A DNA stretch of 64,000 nt from a virus: positions 1-64,000 of the IMG/VR virus record IMGVR_UViG_3300046096_000928; one strand, written 5' to 3'. The notes under the pieces were generated by a model, which was given only the letters and a program-made list of their open reading frames with translations, was not told the DNA's origin and did no database searches. The position numbers were made by a program, and so were the translations under genes. Below are positions 41,641 through 51,111 of this stretch, piece by piece (the stretch's first letter is position 1; the number at the start of each line of letters is the position of its first letter).

Positions 41641-41746
41641 TTGACATTTTTAAAGAAGCGGATTATAACGAAGGGTATGTTTCCGAATTTATTTAGTGTA
41701 TGTTTTGGGAAGCTCTGACTATACATCGGGCTTCCCCTTTTTTTTT
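41641..41746 (+). ncRNA. Candidate ~70-nt sRNA with its own promoter and intrinsic terminator
   Basis: TTGACA-17-TATAAC at 41641-41669; GGGAAGCTC...GGGCTTCCC followed by a T run. Confidence 0.55.
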
Positions 41747-42035
41747 ATGGTAAACTTTCTTCTTCTACAATCTCACTTAATGGCAGTTGACGATCAGGAT
41801 CAAAAGCGTTATAAGTATTGGCTAAATAAGTTAAAGTTTTGCCTATGTCGGGGATTGACTCTCTTACTTCTTTACCTGTTATTGTTACTATTCTAGTCTC
41901 TAATACATTAAAACTAGCACTATATTTAATAAATGTTAAAGTTGCTATTGAGTTGTCATTATCTTGATTGTTTATTTCAAGATTGAAATTAGTCATTAAG
42001 GAAATAGATAATAATTGTTTTTCTATATATGGCAT
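41745..42035 (-). CDS. Hypothetical protein, end of a structural operon
   Basis: 2-bp gap to the upstream gene. Confidence 0.55.
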   Translation of the reverse strand: MPYIEKQLLSISLMTNFNLEINNQDNDNSIATLTFIKYSASFNVLETRIVTITGKEVRESIPDIGKTLTYLANTYNAFDPDRQLPLSEIVEEESLP

Positions 42036-42037
42036 AA

Positions 42038-42871
42038 TTAATCTGCTACTATTAGTATTGTAAATGAAGCATCACAGCGAGGAGTTCCATTAGTTGCACC
42101 TGGTATCGCTGATACTTTTATTGTTGATCCAGCTTTATATTTCAGATAATTCAAGTTACTCGAATAATTCTGTCCTATTGCTAGGAATATCCTTTCCTGA
42201 AATAAATATCTTGGATTATTATCTCTAGTTAATGTTTTTGTGGTCGCCCTTAATCTCACGTCCATTGTGGCTACGAGTGCAGCTACATTCCAATCTAAGA
42301 GATAACCTGTATAGCCAACGGGAACAGTAAATCTAGCTGATAGAGACTTATTCCCATTAGCTACTATTTGTTCATAAATGATGGTAGGAGTGCCTGTTTT
42401 TCTTAGATTAATAGTACCAGCCGATACTTCTAAAGAACCCCCCTCAACGGCTTCCATCCATTGAATGGCTGTTGCTGTAATACCAGTTGCTACAGGAGTA
42501 GTTCCATTTAAGTTAATATCAGGCGATTCTACTAATTCACCTAAAGAGTTTAAATAAGTTATTCTTACCTTACGAGTGCCAGTGCCTAGTAAAGTATCGT
42601 TAGCAGAGGTACTAACAACTTCAAGGGCATCTGAAGTTGTTACAGGGGTAAAGTTTTGTTGCCCAACCGCATTTGTTAAAAATTCACAAACATCATGAAG
42701 TTGAGTAGTATTAACAAAAACAGTTCGGTTTCCTAAAATAGCAAAAATATAGGCTTGTTTTGTATTTAAGAAACTAGTCGATTGGACTATGTAAGGATCA
42801 GCTATTCCTATTGTCTCAATCGGATTTATAGCTACTTGTTGACCGCCAGTTAAAGTAATAATTCTACTCAT
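42038..42871 (-). CDS. Putative virion structural protein
   Basis: VVSTSANDTLLGTGTRKV, LNGTTPV, FTVPVGYTGYL. Confidence 0.6.
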   Translation of the reverse strand: MSRIITLTGGQQVAINPIETIGIADPYIVQSTSFLNTKQAYIFAILGNRTVFVNTTQLHDVCEFLTNAVGQQNFTPVTTSDALEVVSTSANDTLLGTGTRKVRITYLNSLGELVESPDINLNGTTPVATGITATAIQWMEAVEGGSLEVSAGTINLRKTGTPTIIYEQIVANGNKSLSARFTVPVGYTGYLLDWNVAALVATMDVRLRATTKTLTRDNNPRYLFQERIFLAIGQNYSSNLNYLKYKAGSTIKVSAIPGATNGTPRCDASFTILIVAD

Positions 42872-42874
42872 TTA

Positions 42875-43390
42875 TTACCCAAAATAAATAGGTGCATCAA
42901 ACTCAAATAAAACTCCGCTTGGTACTCCCACCCCTAATGTTTGCTGAAAATTGCCTACGGTCTGAGCTGGTGCAGTGGTAGTTGCCAATCCTGCTGTCGT
43001 CGCACTTAAAAAGTAAACCGCATCCACATCAGCAGTTATAGAGGTGTTTACTCCTTTTGTATAAATTGTAACGGTATCACCTATCAAAAAATTAGCTAAG
43101 ACAAAACCTTTAACCAATTTATTGACATCATTCGCTATTCCTTTTCTCACCGAAGGAGTTCCGCCGTTATCATAAATATTAACAAAATTACCATCAGTTA
43201 AATCTTCAGTAGCGATCGCCGTTTCTACTTGTATTTCAACTCCAGTAGGCATAAAACTAGAATGTATTTTTCCATTAGAATCAGTAGCAATAATTTTATT
43301 AGCATCCCCTGATCCTAATGAAGTCGTGATAGCTGAGACTAATCTTGTAGCACCAGTAGTTAAAACTGTCAAAAACTTTAAAGCACTCAT
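42875..43390 (-). CDS. Putative fibre/decoration protein
   Basis: ANKIIATDSNGKI, ATEDL...GFV, YFLSATTAG. Confidence 0.6.
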   Translation of the reverse strand: MSALKFLTVLTTGATRLVSAITTSLGSGDANKIIATDSNGKIHSSFMPTGVEIQVETAIATEDLTDGNFVNIYDNGGTPSVRKGIANDVNKLVKGFVLANFLIGDTVTIYTKGVNTSITADVDAVYFLSATTAGLATTTAPAQTVGNFQQTLGVGVPSGVLFEFDAPIYFG

Positions 43391-43863
43391 AATAAAATTG
43401 GATTATTTTGTAGTATAAAAATGGATTTATCAGTAATAGGTTTAGCTATGTGCAATAAAAACACAATTCCGTTATCGATTTCTTGAGTTAAATCACCATT
43501 GACACCTAAAAAGATAGGCTTATTTAATTCCCAATTCCAATTATCATTTTCAACAAGTCCATAATTTCTTATGGTTGCTGTTAAATTTATTGGTACAGAA
43601 AATAAATTAAGTCCTAAGAAACTATCGCTATGAGTTAGGTTACTTGCCTTCGCTACTTCTAATTGTTTTTGTGCATTAAGAATTACTGGACAATTCAAAG
43701 GTAAATTTTCTGCTGCCAAATAAAAGACATCGCTATTGCCAGCTAAATTGAATGTATAATTACCATTTTGTAAAACCTTAATCTCATTCTGAATAGGTTT
43801 TACAATAACTGGTTCAATTTCATTCTTAACAATTACATTAATAGTTTCTGAAGTAGTAAACAT
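43387..43863 (-). CDS. Putative virion protein
   Basis: WNWELNKPIFLGVNGDLTQ. Confidence 0.55.
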   Translation of the reverse strand: MFTTSETINVIVKNEIEPVIVKPIQNEIKVLQNGNYTFNLAGNSDVFYLAAENLPLNCPVILNAQKQLEVAKASNLTHSDSFLGLNLFSVPINLTATIRNYGLVENDNWNWELNKPIFLGVNGDLTQEIDNGIVFLLHIAKPITDKSIFILQNNPILL

Positions 43864-44259
43864 TTAAGTTACCTCTGGTATAACTTGCACATAACCCCAA
43901 GTAGTCCCTACTACTACCCCGTCAGGTGATTCTAATTCTAAATCCCAGACAAAAGTTTTAGAAACAATTAAATCATCTTCATCCCCTTGATACTTTGTAG
44001 GCTGTAGTAATGATGTTTGACTAGCTGTTAATTGCAAAGTTATTAATGTATAAGGATTATTTAGTTCGTCTAATTCAGGAAAAGTCAAAGGCAAGAAAGT
44101 AAAAGATGCTAATTCTATTCCCCCTCTAGATAAAAATGTATTCCTAATTTTTGCACGGGGATTATATGTTGAAACATCATTAGACCACCATATTGGTAAG
44201 GTGTATGTCTTACCTTGTATAATTGCTAAGTTTTCAATAAGGTTGATTGCACTTGCCAT
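43864..44259 (-). CDS. BppU-N-like fibre attachment protein
   Basis: IIQGKTY...LTASQTS...VWDLELESPDG...GYVQVIPEVT. Confidence 0.6.
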   Translation of the reverse strand: MASAINLIENLAIIQGKTYTLPIWWSNDVSTYNPRAKIRNTFLSRGGIELASFTFLPLTFPELDELNNPYTLITLQLTASQTSLLQPTKYQGDEDDLIVSKTFVWDLELESPDGVVVGTTWGYVQVIPEVT

Positions 44260-44309
44260 AACTAAATTTGTATTACTTTTTGTAGTCTAACATATCGACA
44301 AAATCGTAC

Positions 44310-44338
44310 TTGCTAGAATAAATCAAATAAGATATAGT
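44310..44338 (+). promoter_or_regulatory. Conserved-spacer promoter, variant copy
   Basis: TTGCTA-GAATAAATCAAATAAGA-TATAGT. Confidence 0.65.
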
Positions 44339-44366
44339 CAAAAATGAGACTTAAAGAGTAAAAAAT

Positions 44367-44609
44367 ATGAAAATAAATAGAGTTTGTGAAAAGTGCGGGG
44401 GTATTCATATAGTAAAGGCTGGACGTAGTAAATCGAATTATCAGCTTTATCAATGTCAGGATTGCCGTCATAAATTTAGTGAAACAGGACTAAAAATAGG
44501 CAGACAAAAAATTAATTTTAATTGTACTCAATGCGGGACAAAAGCTATTGCTAAAGGATTATGCAGAAAATGTTACACTAAATCACTCAATAAAAATAAA
44601 TTAATTTAG
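44367..44609 (+). CDS. Multi-zinc-ribbon protein (InsA-like N-terminus)
   Basis: CEKC, CQDC, CTQC, CRKC. Confidence 0.65.
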   Translation: MKINRVCEKCGGIHIVKAGRSKSNYQLYQCQDCRHKFSETGLKIGRQKINFNCTQCGTKAIAKGLCRKCYTKSLNKNKLI

Positions 44610-44617
44610 AATGTACC

Positions 44618-44646
44618 TTGACAAAATAAATCAAATAAGAGACAAT
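44618..44646 (+). promoter_or_regulatory. Conserved-spacer promoter
   Basis: TTGACA-AAATAAATCAAATAAGA-GACAAT. Confidence 0.75.
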
Positions 44647-44688
44647 GACAATATAAACAAAAAAACAAGTACACAGAGGTTAAAAATT

Positions 44689-45216
44689 ATGAATAACTAC
44701 GAATTAAAGTTGAACATCGATATAGCTACTATGAGTTACAGAAAACTACAAAAAGAGTTGAGACGTTTAAAAGAAACATACGGAGTGACAAACATTAAAT
44801 TAAATTCAAAAAGAACAGTTTTAGCCGCCGAATATAAAAGACTAATGATGATAGGGCATGAAGAAAAAGAATCTCCAAAACCAACCTTTAACGATCAAGT
44901 AGAAATCGTTGCAGAATTAGTAGGGACTAAAGCTACTAACATTTATCAATTAATGCGTGATCCTATCTCTTTAAAAGAAGCGATTGAGATTATGTCTTGC
45001 GATTTAGACATTGAACCTTATCAATTTGGCATTCTAATTGAAGATACTTTCAACATTTGTGATTTAGATTCCTATCTTAATGCAGAGAATGTTGATTTAC
45101 ATTGTTTTCTAAGAGAGATGGCACAAATGACAGAAAAAGAGGTAACAGCAGAATGTGAAGCTAGAAATGCAATTACTTATGCAGAAATAGCAAGAGCTTA
45201 CGGGATCGCTGCTTAA
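44689..45216 (+). CDS. Early protein with a shared YxxLQ...KLN...AEY N-terminal module (start moved downstream of the promoter)
   Basis: SD GAGG before ATG 44689; similarity to 45693. Confidence 0.6.
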   Translation: MNNYELKLNIDIATMSYRKLQKELRRLKETYGVTNIKLNSKRTVLAAEYKRLMMIGHEEKESPKPTFNDQVEIVAELVGTKATNIYQLMRDPISLKEAIEIMSCDLDIEPYQFGILIEDTFNICDLDSYLNAENVDLHCFLREMAQMTEKEVTAECEARNAITYAEIARAYGIAA

Positions 45217-45248
45217 AATACGAAAACAAATAATACGGAGTAATAACA

Positions 45249-45581
45249 TTGATTGATAAAGCTATTAATAGCTTTATCAATCAATGTGAAAAATTTACTT
45301 CCTTTGTTAAAAAAACAAAAGAGCAAGTAATAGAAATGGCAAGTAATGATAGTACTATGGAATCTATTTTTGAATTAGTATCTAATGAACAAGGAATCAC
45401 ACAAAAAGAACAAATTAAATCTTTAACTGCTCAGTTTTCTCTTAAAGATTATCAATCAATCTTATTTGAGATTTTGCCAAACTATACCTTATTTCAATTC
45501 TTATTAGATCGGACGGATTTAACTGATGAAGAAGCTTTATCAGAATTAGATTGTTATCACCAATTACAACCTCCTATTTAG
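45249..45581 (+). CDS. Hypothetical protein
   Basis: SD GGAG. Confidence 0.5.
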   Translation: MIDKAINSFINQCEKFTSFVKKTKEQVIEMASNDSTMESIFELVSNEQGITQKEQIKSLTAQFSLKDYQSILFEILPNYTLFQFLLDRTDLTDEEALSELDCYHQLQPPI

Positions 45582-45597
45582 ACATAGCTTTAATTAA

Positions 45598-45660
45598 GAT
45601 TTATTTTGTCAAAAAAATATTTTGAAATACCTTGACAAAATAAATCAAATAAGAGATAAT
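45598..45660 (+). promoter_or_regulatory. Conserved-spacer promoter with an upstream inverted copy
   Basis: GATTTATTTTGTCAA (45598-45612) is the reverse complement of TTGACAAAATAAATC (45632-45646); -10 GATAAT. Confidence 0.78.
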
Positions 45661-45692
45661 AGTAATATACAAACAAAACAAAAGAAAAGATT

Positions 45693-46511
45693 ATGACTTA
45701 TAAAGAATTGCAACAAGCATTAAAACAGTTCAAAGTGGAAGGTTTAACATCAGTTAAGTTAAATGCAAGTCAAGAAGTATTACAGGCTGAATACACTCAA
45801 GTAATCGAACAAATAGAAATTGACAAGCAACAACAAACAAAAGATGGTTTATTAGCAGTTGATCGTTTTATTGAGATTGTAGAAAAAACTTTAACTGTTA
45901 ACCTTTATTGTGACTATAAGATAAATTGCTCAATGATTTTGGAAAATAAAGAGATAACATTTAATGAATTAATTTCAAAAATAGCCAAAGATGCGGACGT
46001 AAACAGAATAGATTTACTTTTAGCAGTAGAGCAAAACATGGAATATGATTTTAGTTTTAATCTGACTGATTATCGTTATAATTCAATTGAGTACTTTTTA
46101 GAAGTCTTTATTTTTCATGTAGTAACAATCGAAAAAAGATTAAAAGAAATAACTCCCCCCGTTTTAGAAATAGTAACTCCAGAAAATGATCCTTCTTTAG
46201 ATACGGCTATTAAATCTTTTACAAAGGCTATTAATCATGTATTTAAACGATTTGGTAGCAATAATTTTACTACTGAGGAATCTTTAAGATTATCAATGGG
46301 TAATGAGGTGACAGTCAATGATTTTATTAAATTTCTTAATCTAAACACTGGTTTTGATCTTACTGAATTTATGGAATACTTAGAATATCATCTTGAGGAT
46401 CAATACCAATATTTGATACAATATTCAAGTATTGATTATGGTAAATATCCGCTTAAAATGATTTTACAAGATTTTGCTTATTCTATTGATGTTTATCAGT
46501 TAATTGCCTAA
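45693..46511 (+). CDS. Early protein with the shared N-terminal module
   Basis: MTYKELQQALKQFK...KLNASQEVLQAEY. Confidence 0.65.
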   Translation: MTYKELQQALKQFKVEGLTSVKLNASQEVLQAEYTQVIEQIEIDKQQQTKDGLLAVDRFIEIVEKTLTVNLYCDYKINCSMILENKEITFNELISKIAKDADVNRIDLLLAVEQNMEYDFSFNLTDYRYNSIEYFLEVFIFHVVTIEKRLKEITPPVLEIVTPENDPSLDTAIKSFTKAINHVFKRFGSNNFTTEESLRLSMGNEVTVNDFIKFLNLNTGFDLTEFMEYLEYHLEDQYQYLIQYSSIDYGKYPLKMILQDFAYSIDVYQLIA

Positions 46512-46592
46512 TCATTTAAAAGTTACTTAGAAATTTCTAAGTAACTTTTAAATCTGCCAAAGAAATAGTAATTAAAAATAAAAGAGTTAAAA

Positions 46593-46940
46593 ATGATTGA
46601 TTTATTATTTGAAGAAGTTAATAAATTTTGTAAAGTAGATAAGGAACAAATTACTAAGCTATATAGACATAAAGATTTGAGAGAATTTCTAAATGAGTTA
46701 ATCTTAACTACTGATTTTGACTTAACAGACGATTTACAGGCTATTGATTATTTAAGAAGCAATGATCCTACTTTTAAAAAATCGATTCAAATAGCCAATG
46801 AATTAGGTATTTATCCAAAAGAGTATAGTTCCGTATTATTAGCCTCTATTTTAAAACGTTTCAATATATCTCAAGCAATACTCAGGCATTTTGAACAATT
46901 CCATAACGCTTATAAAAAATCAAAATTAGAAAATAAATAA
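46593..46940 (+). CDS. Hypothetical phage protein
   Basis: 115-aa ORF. Confidence 0.55.
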   Translation: MIDLLFEEVNKFCKVDKEQITKLYRHKDLREFLNELILTTDFDLTDDLQAIDYLRSNDPTFKKSIQIANELGIYPKEYSSVLLASILKRFNISQAILRHFEQFHNAYKKSKLENK

Positions 46941-46947
46941 ATAAAAC

Positions 46948-47520
46948 ATGATTATTACTCGTGATTTAAAGGATAACATCGATATATTAAATGACTGTGT
47001 TTATTGGCTACAAAATCATAATGAAAATAACCTTGAATATAACCGACCTGTTTTAATTAGTGGCTGTCGTTTTATAGCCTATCGTTTCCCTAATAATAAT
47101 GGACAATTGGCGATCGCCAAAGTCTCAACTGGTAATCCTATTATTAATTCCGCCATAAATATTGTTAATCCGTTTGTGATCGATTTTTATCTTGACTTTG
47201 AAAAGGATTACATCATAAACTTCGATCAAGATTTCTCACAAGATTCGATCTACCAATCTATCTATAACCTAACAGTTGAGAAAATTAAAAATTTAAAATC
47301 AATACTTATTGGTTTTAAATTACAAAATAGAAAAGCCTTAGAATATGCCAACGATTTTCTCGGTCGTACATACGCACCTTTATTTCAATTAACTGATTTT
47401 CTCGGCAAAAGTTTAGATAAAAATGAGCTGTTAGACATCTTTAATCAGCAATTGTCAGATGATGATTACCAACTTACGATTAATCATTTAAAAGCTTTTG
47501 AAACACCTAAAACTCTATAG
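46948..47520 (+). CDS. Hypothetical protein
   Basis: 190-aa ORF containing a HIP1 site. Confidence 0.55.
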   Translation: MIITRDLKDNIDILNDCVYWLQNHNENNLEYNRPVLISGCRFIAYRFPNNNGQLAIAKVSTGNPIINSAINIVNPFVIDFYLDFEKDYIINFDQDFSQDSIYQSIYNLTVEKIKNLKSILIGFKLQNRKALEYANDFLGRTYAPLFQLTDFLGKSLDKNELLDIFNQQLSDDDYQLTINHLKAFETPKTL

Positions 47521-47596
47521 TTTAAAATGCCTTAAATAATATAAACTAAATTTAGGATAAAATATAATGTTTTGCATTATTACTTTAATTAATGTT

Positions 47597-47872
47597 ATGG
47601 ACACTCAAAACAACCCACAATTTAGCATCGAAGATATTGCCTATTTTAAATGGGATAAATCAAAAGGGCTTATTTTGAGAAAATTACGCACCGAAAAGAA
47701 TTTAACCATGAAACAATTATCTCAAAAAATATCTTTACTTGGTGTTGAGTGCAGTGTAGATTATCTTGGTACTTTAGAACACGGCAGAGTTGAAAGTCTC
47801 AAAGTGGATAAATTGTTAGCAATAGTACATTGTTTAAATGCTTCCTTTGGTTATTTTTCTTCTAAATCATGA
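47597..47872 (+). CDS. XRE-family HTH regulator
   Basis: LRKLRTEKNLTMKQLS...YLGTLEHG. Confidence 0.75.
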   Translation: MDTQNNPQFSIEDIAYFKWDKSKGLILRKLRTEKNLTMKQLSQKISLLGVECSVDYLGTLEHGRVESLKVDKLLAIVHCLNASFGYFSSKS

Positions 47873-47989
47873 ATCTTTTTTTATTTTCCCTTGACATCGT
47901 TTTTAAAACACGGCAAGATATTAATATGAGTTAATCAACTCTAAAGAACCTTGACATAATCACAAATAATTAAATAAGGAAAGGGCAAG

Positions 47990-48474
47990 ATGATGTCTTT
48001 AGAATTGATTACTAAATACCTTTCAGTTTTGGATAACAACCAATTAGGCAAAGCTGAAATAAAAACGTTGGTGAATCTCTTAAAAGAATTTGAAAAAATA
48101 CCTTCTGAAATTGAGCGGTTTCAATTAAAAATTATAGAACTTATTGATGACAAGGCGATAAGTGGCTACATCGAGTTAGATGATTGGCTTTATCACATTG
48201 AAAGAAATAAACTCTATAAAATAATCTCTATCGATCCTGCCACTCAAAAGAGTTTATCGAATTAGAAAAAGAGATTGAAGACAGTCGAGATAAGCTAAAT
48301 GACTATATACGGACTGAAAATGAACAAATATAGAAGTTATGCTTAAAAATGCAGGAACTTTATGATCGTTTAGCTTCAGCAGTTGAAAACCAAACAGCTA
48401 TTAATTCAGACGGCTTTGTCTTTGTTAATAAAAACAATAATTTTTATCACACAGTAAACAATAAAGAGAAATAA
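47990..48474 (+). pseudogene. Frameshifted and stop-interrupted paralog of 13013-13480
   Basis: Similarity continues in another frame (FIELEKEIED...I*KLC...AVENQ). Confidence 0.6.
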
Positions 48475-48476
48475 AA

Positions 48477-48836
48477 ATGCACATCCCAAACAGTCTTTTA
48501 AAAGACTTGAATATCGGAATAGTAACTTATCACGGTTATCAAATAACTTACCGTATCAAAGATGGTTATGTCAATGCTACACAGATAGCACAACTCTTTA
48601 ATAAGATAGTTTGGGAGTGATTACGTTATAACTTAACTCAAGAGTGTATCAATACTTTAGAGATTGAATTAAGTACGGATAAATTAACCGAAATTGGTTT
48701 AGGCTCACCCAAAAATGGGGGAGGTCTTTGGATTCACCCTAGTTTAATTATTTCTTTAGCAAAATGGATAAAAAATGAAGAGTTTATTTATTGGTGTGAA
48801 AGTGAGTTCACTAATAAAAGAAAATTAGTAGCTTAG
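48477..48836 (+). pseudogene. KilA-N gene with an in-frame TGA at 48618
   Basis: DGYVNATQIA...WE*LR...GLWIHP...LAKWI. Confidence 0.75.
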
Positions 48837-48844
48837 AACGATTG

Positions 48845-48935
48845 CCACAGCGTAAGTCACTAAATACCGCTACAAAAAGATAGTCTCAACTGAAACTTGA
48901 GACTATCAATAATTAACCTTTCACAGGAGTGAATA
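48845..48935 (+). promoter_or_regulatory. Hairpin leader of KilA-N gene, copy a
   Basis: AGCG/CGCT and GATAGTCTCAA/TTGAGACTATC; duplicated at 49471. Confidence 0.55.
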
Positions 48936-49461
48936 ATGATTTTAACATACAAAGACAGTGAAATTCAGCAACGAGATCAAGATAGTTATGTAAATTTAAC
49001 TCAAATGGCAAAAGCGAACAATGTCAGAGTTTCTAACTGGTTGCAGTTAGAAAGTTCAAAAGCCTATATTCAGGCACTTGAAGCCGATACGAATATAATC
49101 GCATCGGAACTTTTGATCATAAAGAAAGGTTGTAGCTTTAAATTTTGAACAATGGATAATGCAAAAACAGCGAAGAGGAAAAAAGATAATCGGAGATATA
49201 TATATTTTCCTTGACAACGGGAATAATGCCTACAAAATCGGATTTACTACTAACTTGAAGGAAAGAGAAAAGCAACATAAAACAAGCAATCCTTTTCTTG
49301 AATTAATTAAAGTTTATTCTTCTCAACGAATAGAGAATGAACAACTGTTACATCAAAAATTAAGAGATTATCAAATCAAAGGAACTACTGAATGGTATGT
49401 AAAAAAGCCACAAGTTTTGAGAATTAAATTAACTATTCTCAAAACACCCCAAATAGATTAG
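48936..49461 (+). pseudogene. Broken KilA-N plus GIY-YIG/T5orf172 gene
   Basis: YVNLTQMAK fragment, then IYIF...YKIGFT...EWY. Confidence 0.7.
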
Positions 49462-49470
49462 ATAAATTGA

Positions 49471-49559
49471 CCACAGCGTAAGTCATTAAATATCGCTAAA
49501 AGATAGTCTCAAATATCAGTTGAGACTATCACTAATTAACTTTAATAGGAGAGTAGATT
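49471..49559 (+). promoter_or_regulatory. Hairpin leader of KilA-N gene, copy b
   Basis: Same stems as copy a, different loops. Confidence 0.55.
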
Positions 49560-50285
49560 ATGATCTTAACATACAAAGACCAAGAAATTCAGCAACGGGA
49601 TCGAGATGGCTATGTGAATTTAACTCAAATGGCAAAAGCTAACGAAGTAGAAGTAAGTAATTGGTTGAGACTAGATAGCTCAAAAGCCTATATAGAAGCG
49701 TTAGAAGCCGACCTTCAGATATGCAGATCGAACCTTTTGATCGTGAATAAAGGGGGAATTGCTAATCAACAAGGTACATGGGCGCATCCTTTAGTAGCGA
49801 TCGCCTTTGCACAATGGATAAGCCCACAATTTCATATCTGGTGTAATAAATGTATCAAAATAATTTTTGAAACTGGTAGTTATTCTGTTTCAAACGTGAA
49901 ATCCGAACCTATACAACAACCAATAATCCCTGTTCATGTTGTTGCTTTAGAAAAATCACGAGCGATTACTGAAATTGATAATTCATTATCTAATAAACAC
50001 CCAAGACTTGCCCAACTTTTAATTGATCATATTGTTTCTGACCTTATAGGAAGTGAAAAGTTATTAAATGGCGATCGTCTTCGTGGTGTTGTAGAAATTG
50101 CAGAAGCAATGGGTTTTAAAAATGCAACTATCAAACGTTGTAATTTAGGCAAGTACGTTAAACGATTATGTGGACATTTAGCTAGTCAAGAGGAACGATT
50201 AGTACACGGCACAATGAGAGCGGTTGCGTGTTACCCAGAAAATAATGAAGAAGTAAAAACTGCTATCTTTAAATTCTTTAATTAA
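49560..50285 (+). CDS. KilA-N domain antirepressor
   Basis: DGYVNLTQMAK, GTWAHPLVAIAFAQWISPQF. Confidence 0.88.
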   Translation: MILTYKDQEIQQRDRDGYVNLTQMAKANEVEVSNWLRLDSSKAYIEALEADLQICRSNLLIVNKGGIANQQGTWAHPLVAIAFAQWISPQFHIWCNKCIKIIFETGSYSVSNVKSEPIQQPIIPVHVVALEKSRAITEIDNSLSNKHPRLAQLLIDHIVSDLIGSEKLLNGDRLRGVVEIAEAMGFKNATIKRCNLGKYVKRLCGHLASQEERLVHGTMRAVACYPENNEEVKTAIFKFFN

Positions 50286-50348
50286 TTACATATTAAAATT
50301 TCTGATAATACAATCAACTATTTATTAGAAATTTTAATTAAAAGTATA

Positions 50349-50377
50349 TTGACAAAATAAATCAAATAAGAGATAAT
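50349..50377 (+). promoter_or_regulatory. Conserved-spacer promoter
   Basis: TTGACA-AAATAAATCAAATAAGA-GATAAT. Confidence 0.78.
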
Positions 50378-50408
50378 AGTATTATATAAACAAAACAAGA
50401 ATAGAATC

Positions 50409-50609
50409 ATGAACAACCCAACTATCGAAACAAAAACTAAAAAAGAGTTAGTCAATGAGTATATAGGCAAACAAGCTAATTTATACTTCCGTACTTATAA
50501 AGCAGTTAAAGCAGAAGCAGAGTTAGAAAATATCGAATTATCAACTGAGGACTTACGCACAATCTCAACAAGTATTTTTATAAGCACTCAAAGAAAATTC
50601 AATCTTTAA
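50409..50609 (+). CDS. Small early protein
   Basis: Directly after the promoter; hairpin follows. Confidence 0.6.
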   Translation: MNNPTIETKTKKELVNEYIGKQANLYFRTYKAVKAEAELENIELSTEDLRTISTSIFISTQRKFNL

Positions 50610-50667
50610 TCACTCAAAGGAAGTTTTTATGACTTCCTAAAAAACCAAAAATAATAACAATAAAAAA

Positions 50668-50901
50668 ATGACTAAAATTAAATTAATCAAATCTTTATTG
50701 CATACATTCAAAAAAATTGATGGCGTAAGGATTAGTAATGCGGATACATTTTTCTTTATCCGATTTAAAGATAGATTACTTATAATCAAAGCTAAATCTG
50801 ATAGTTTCCAACAACTAAGAGCAGGTTATACTTTACTCACTCAAATCCTTACTAAATTAGTTAATCCAAAATTAACCAGCCTTATTGAAAGTCATTATTG
50901 A
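50668..50901 (+). CDS. Small hypothetical protein
   Basis: 77-aa ORF. Confidence 0.5.
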   Translation: MTKIKLIKSLLHTFKKIDGVRISNADTFFFIRFKDRLLIIKAKSDSFQQLRAGYTLLTQILTKLVNPKLTSLIESHY

Positions 50902-51039
50902 TTCCAACTAAAATTAATTAATTAAATAACTAAGCTATTTTGGAAAGATAAACTTAGTTATTTAATTAATAATGAATAAGGCTAAAACAAGGCTATTAAT
51001 AGCCAAATAAATATCGAAAAAACTAATTTCAGAAATAAC

Positions 51040-51068
51040 TTGACAAAATAAATCAAATAAGAGACAGT
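51040..51068 (+). promoter_or_regulatory. Conserved-spacer promoter
   Basis: TTGACA-AAATAAATCAAATAAGA-GACAGT. Confidence 0.72.
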
Positions 51069-51111
51069 AGTAATATAAGAACAAAAAACAAACACAGCGA
51101 GACTAAATTAA

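Noticed and set aside
44367-44609. IS1 element
   Set aside because: Only a zinc-ribbon ORF; no InsB catalytic ORF or IS1 terminal repeats.
10655-48836. Stop-codon reassignment
   Set aside because: Internal stops are of mixed type (TAA, TAG, TGA) and accompany frameshifts; core genes read normally in code 11.
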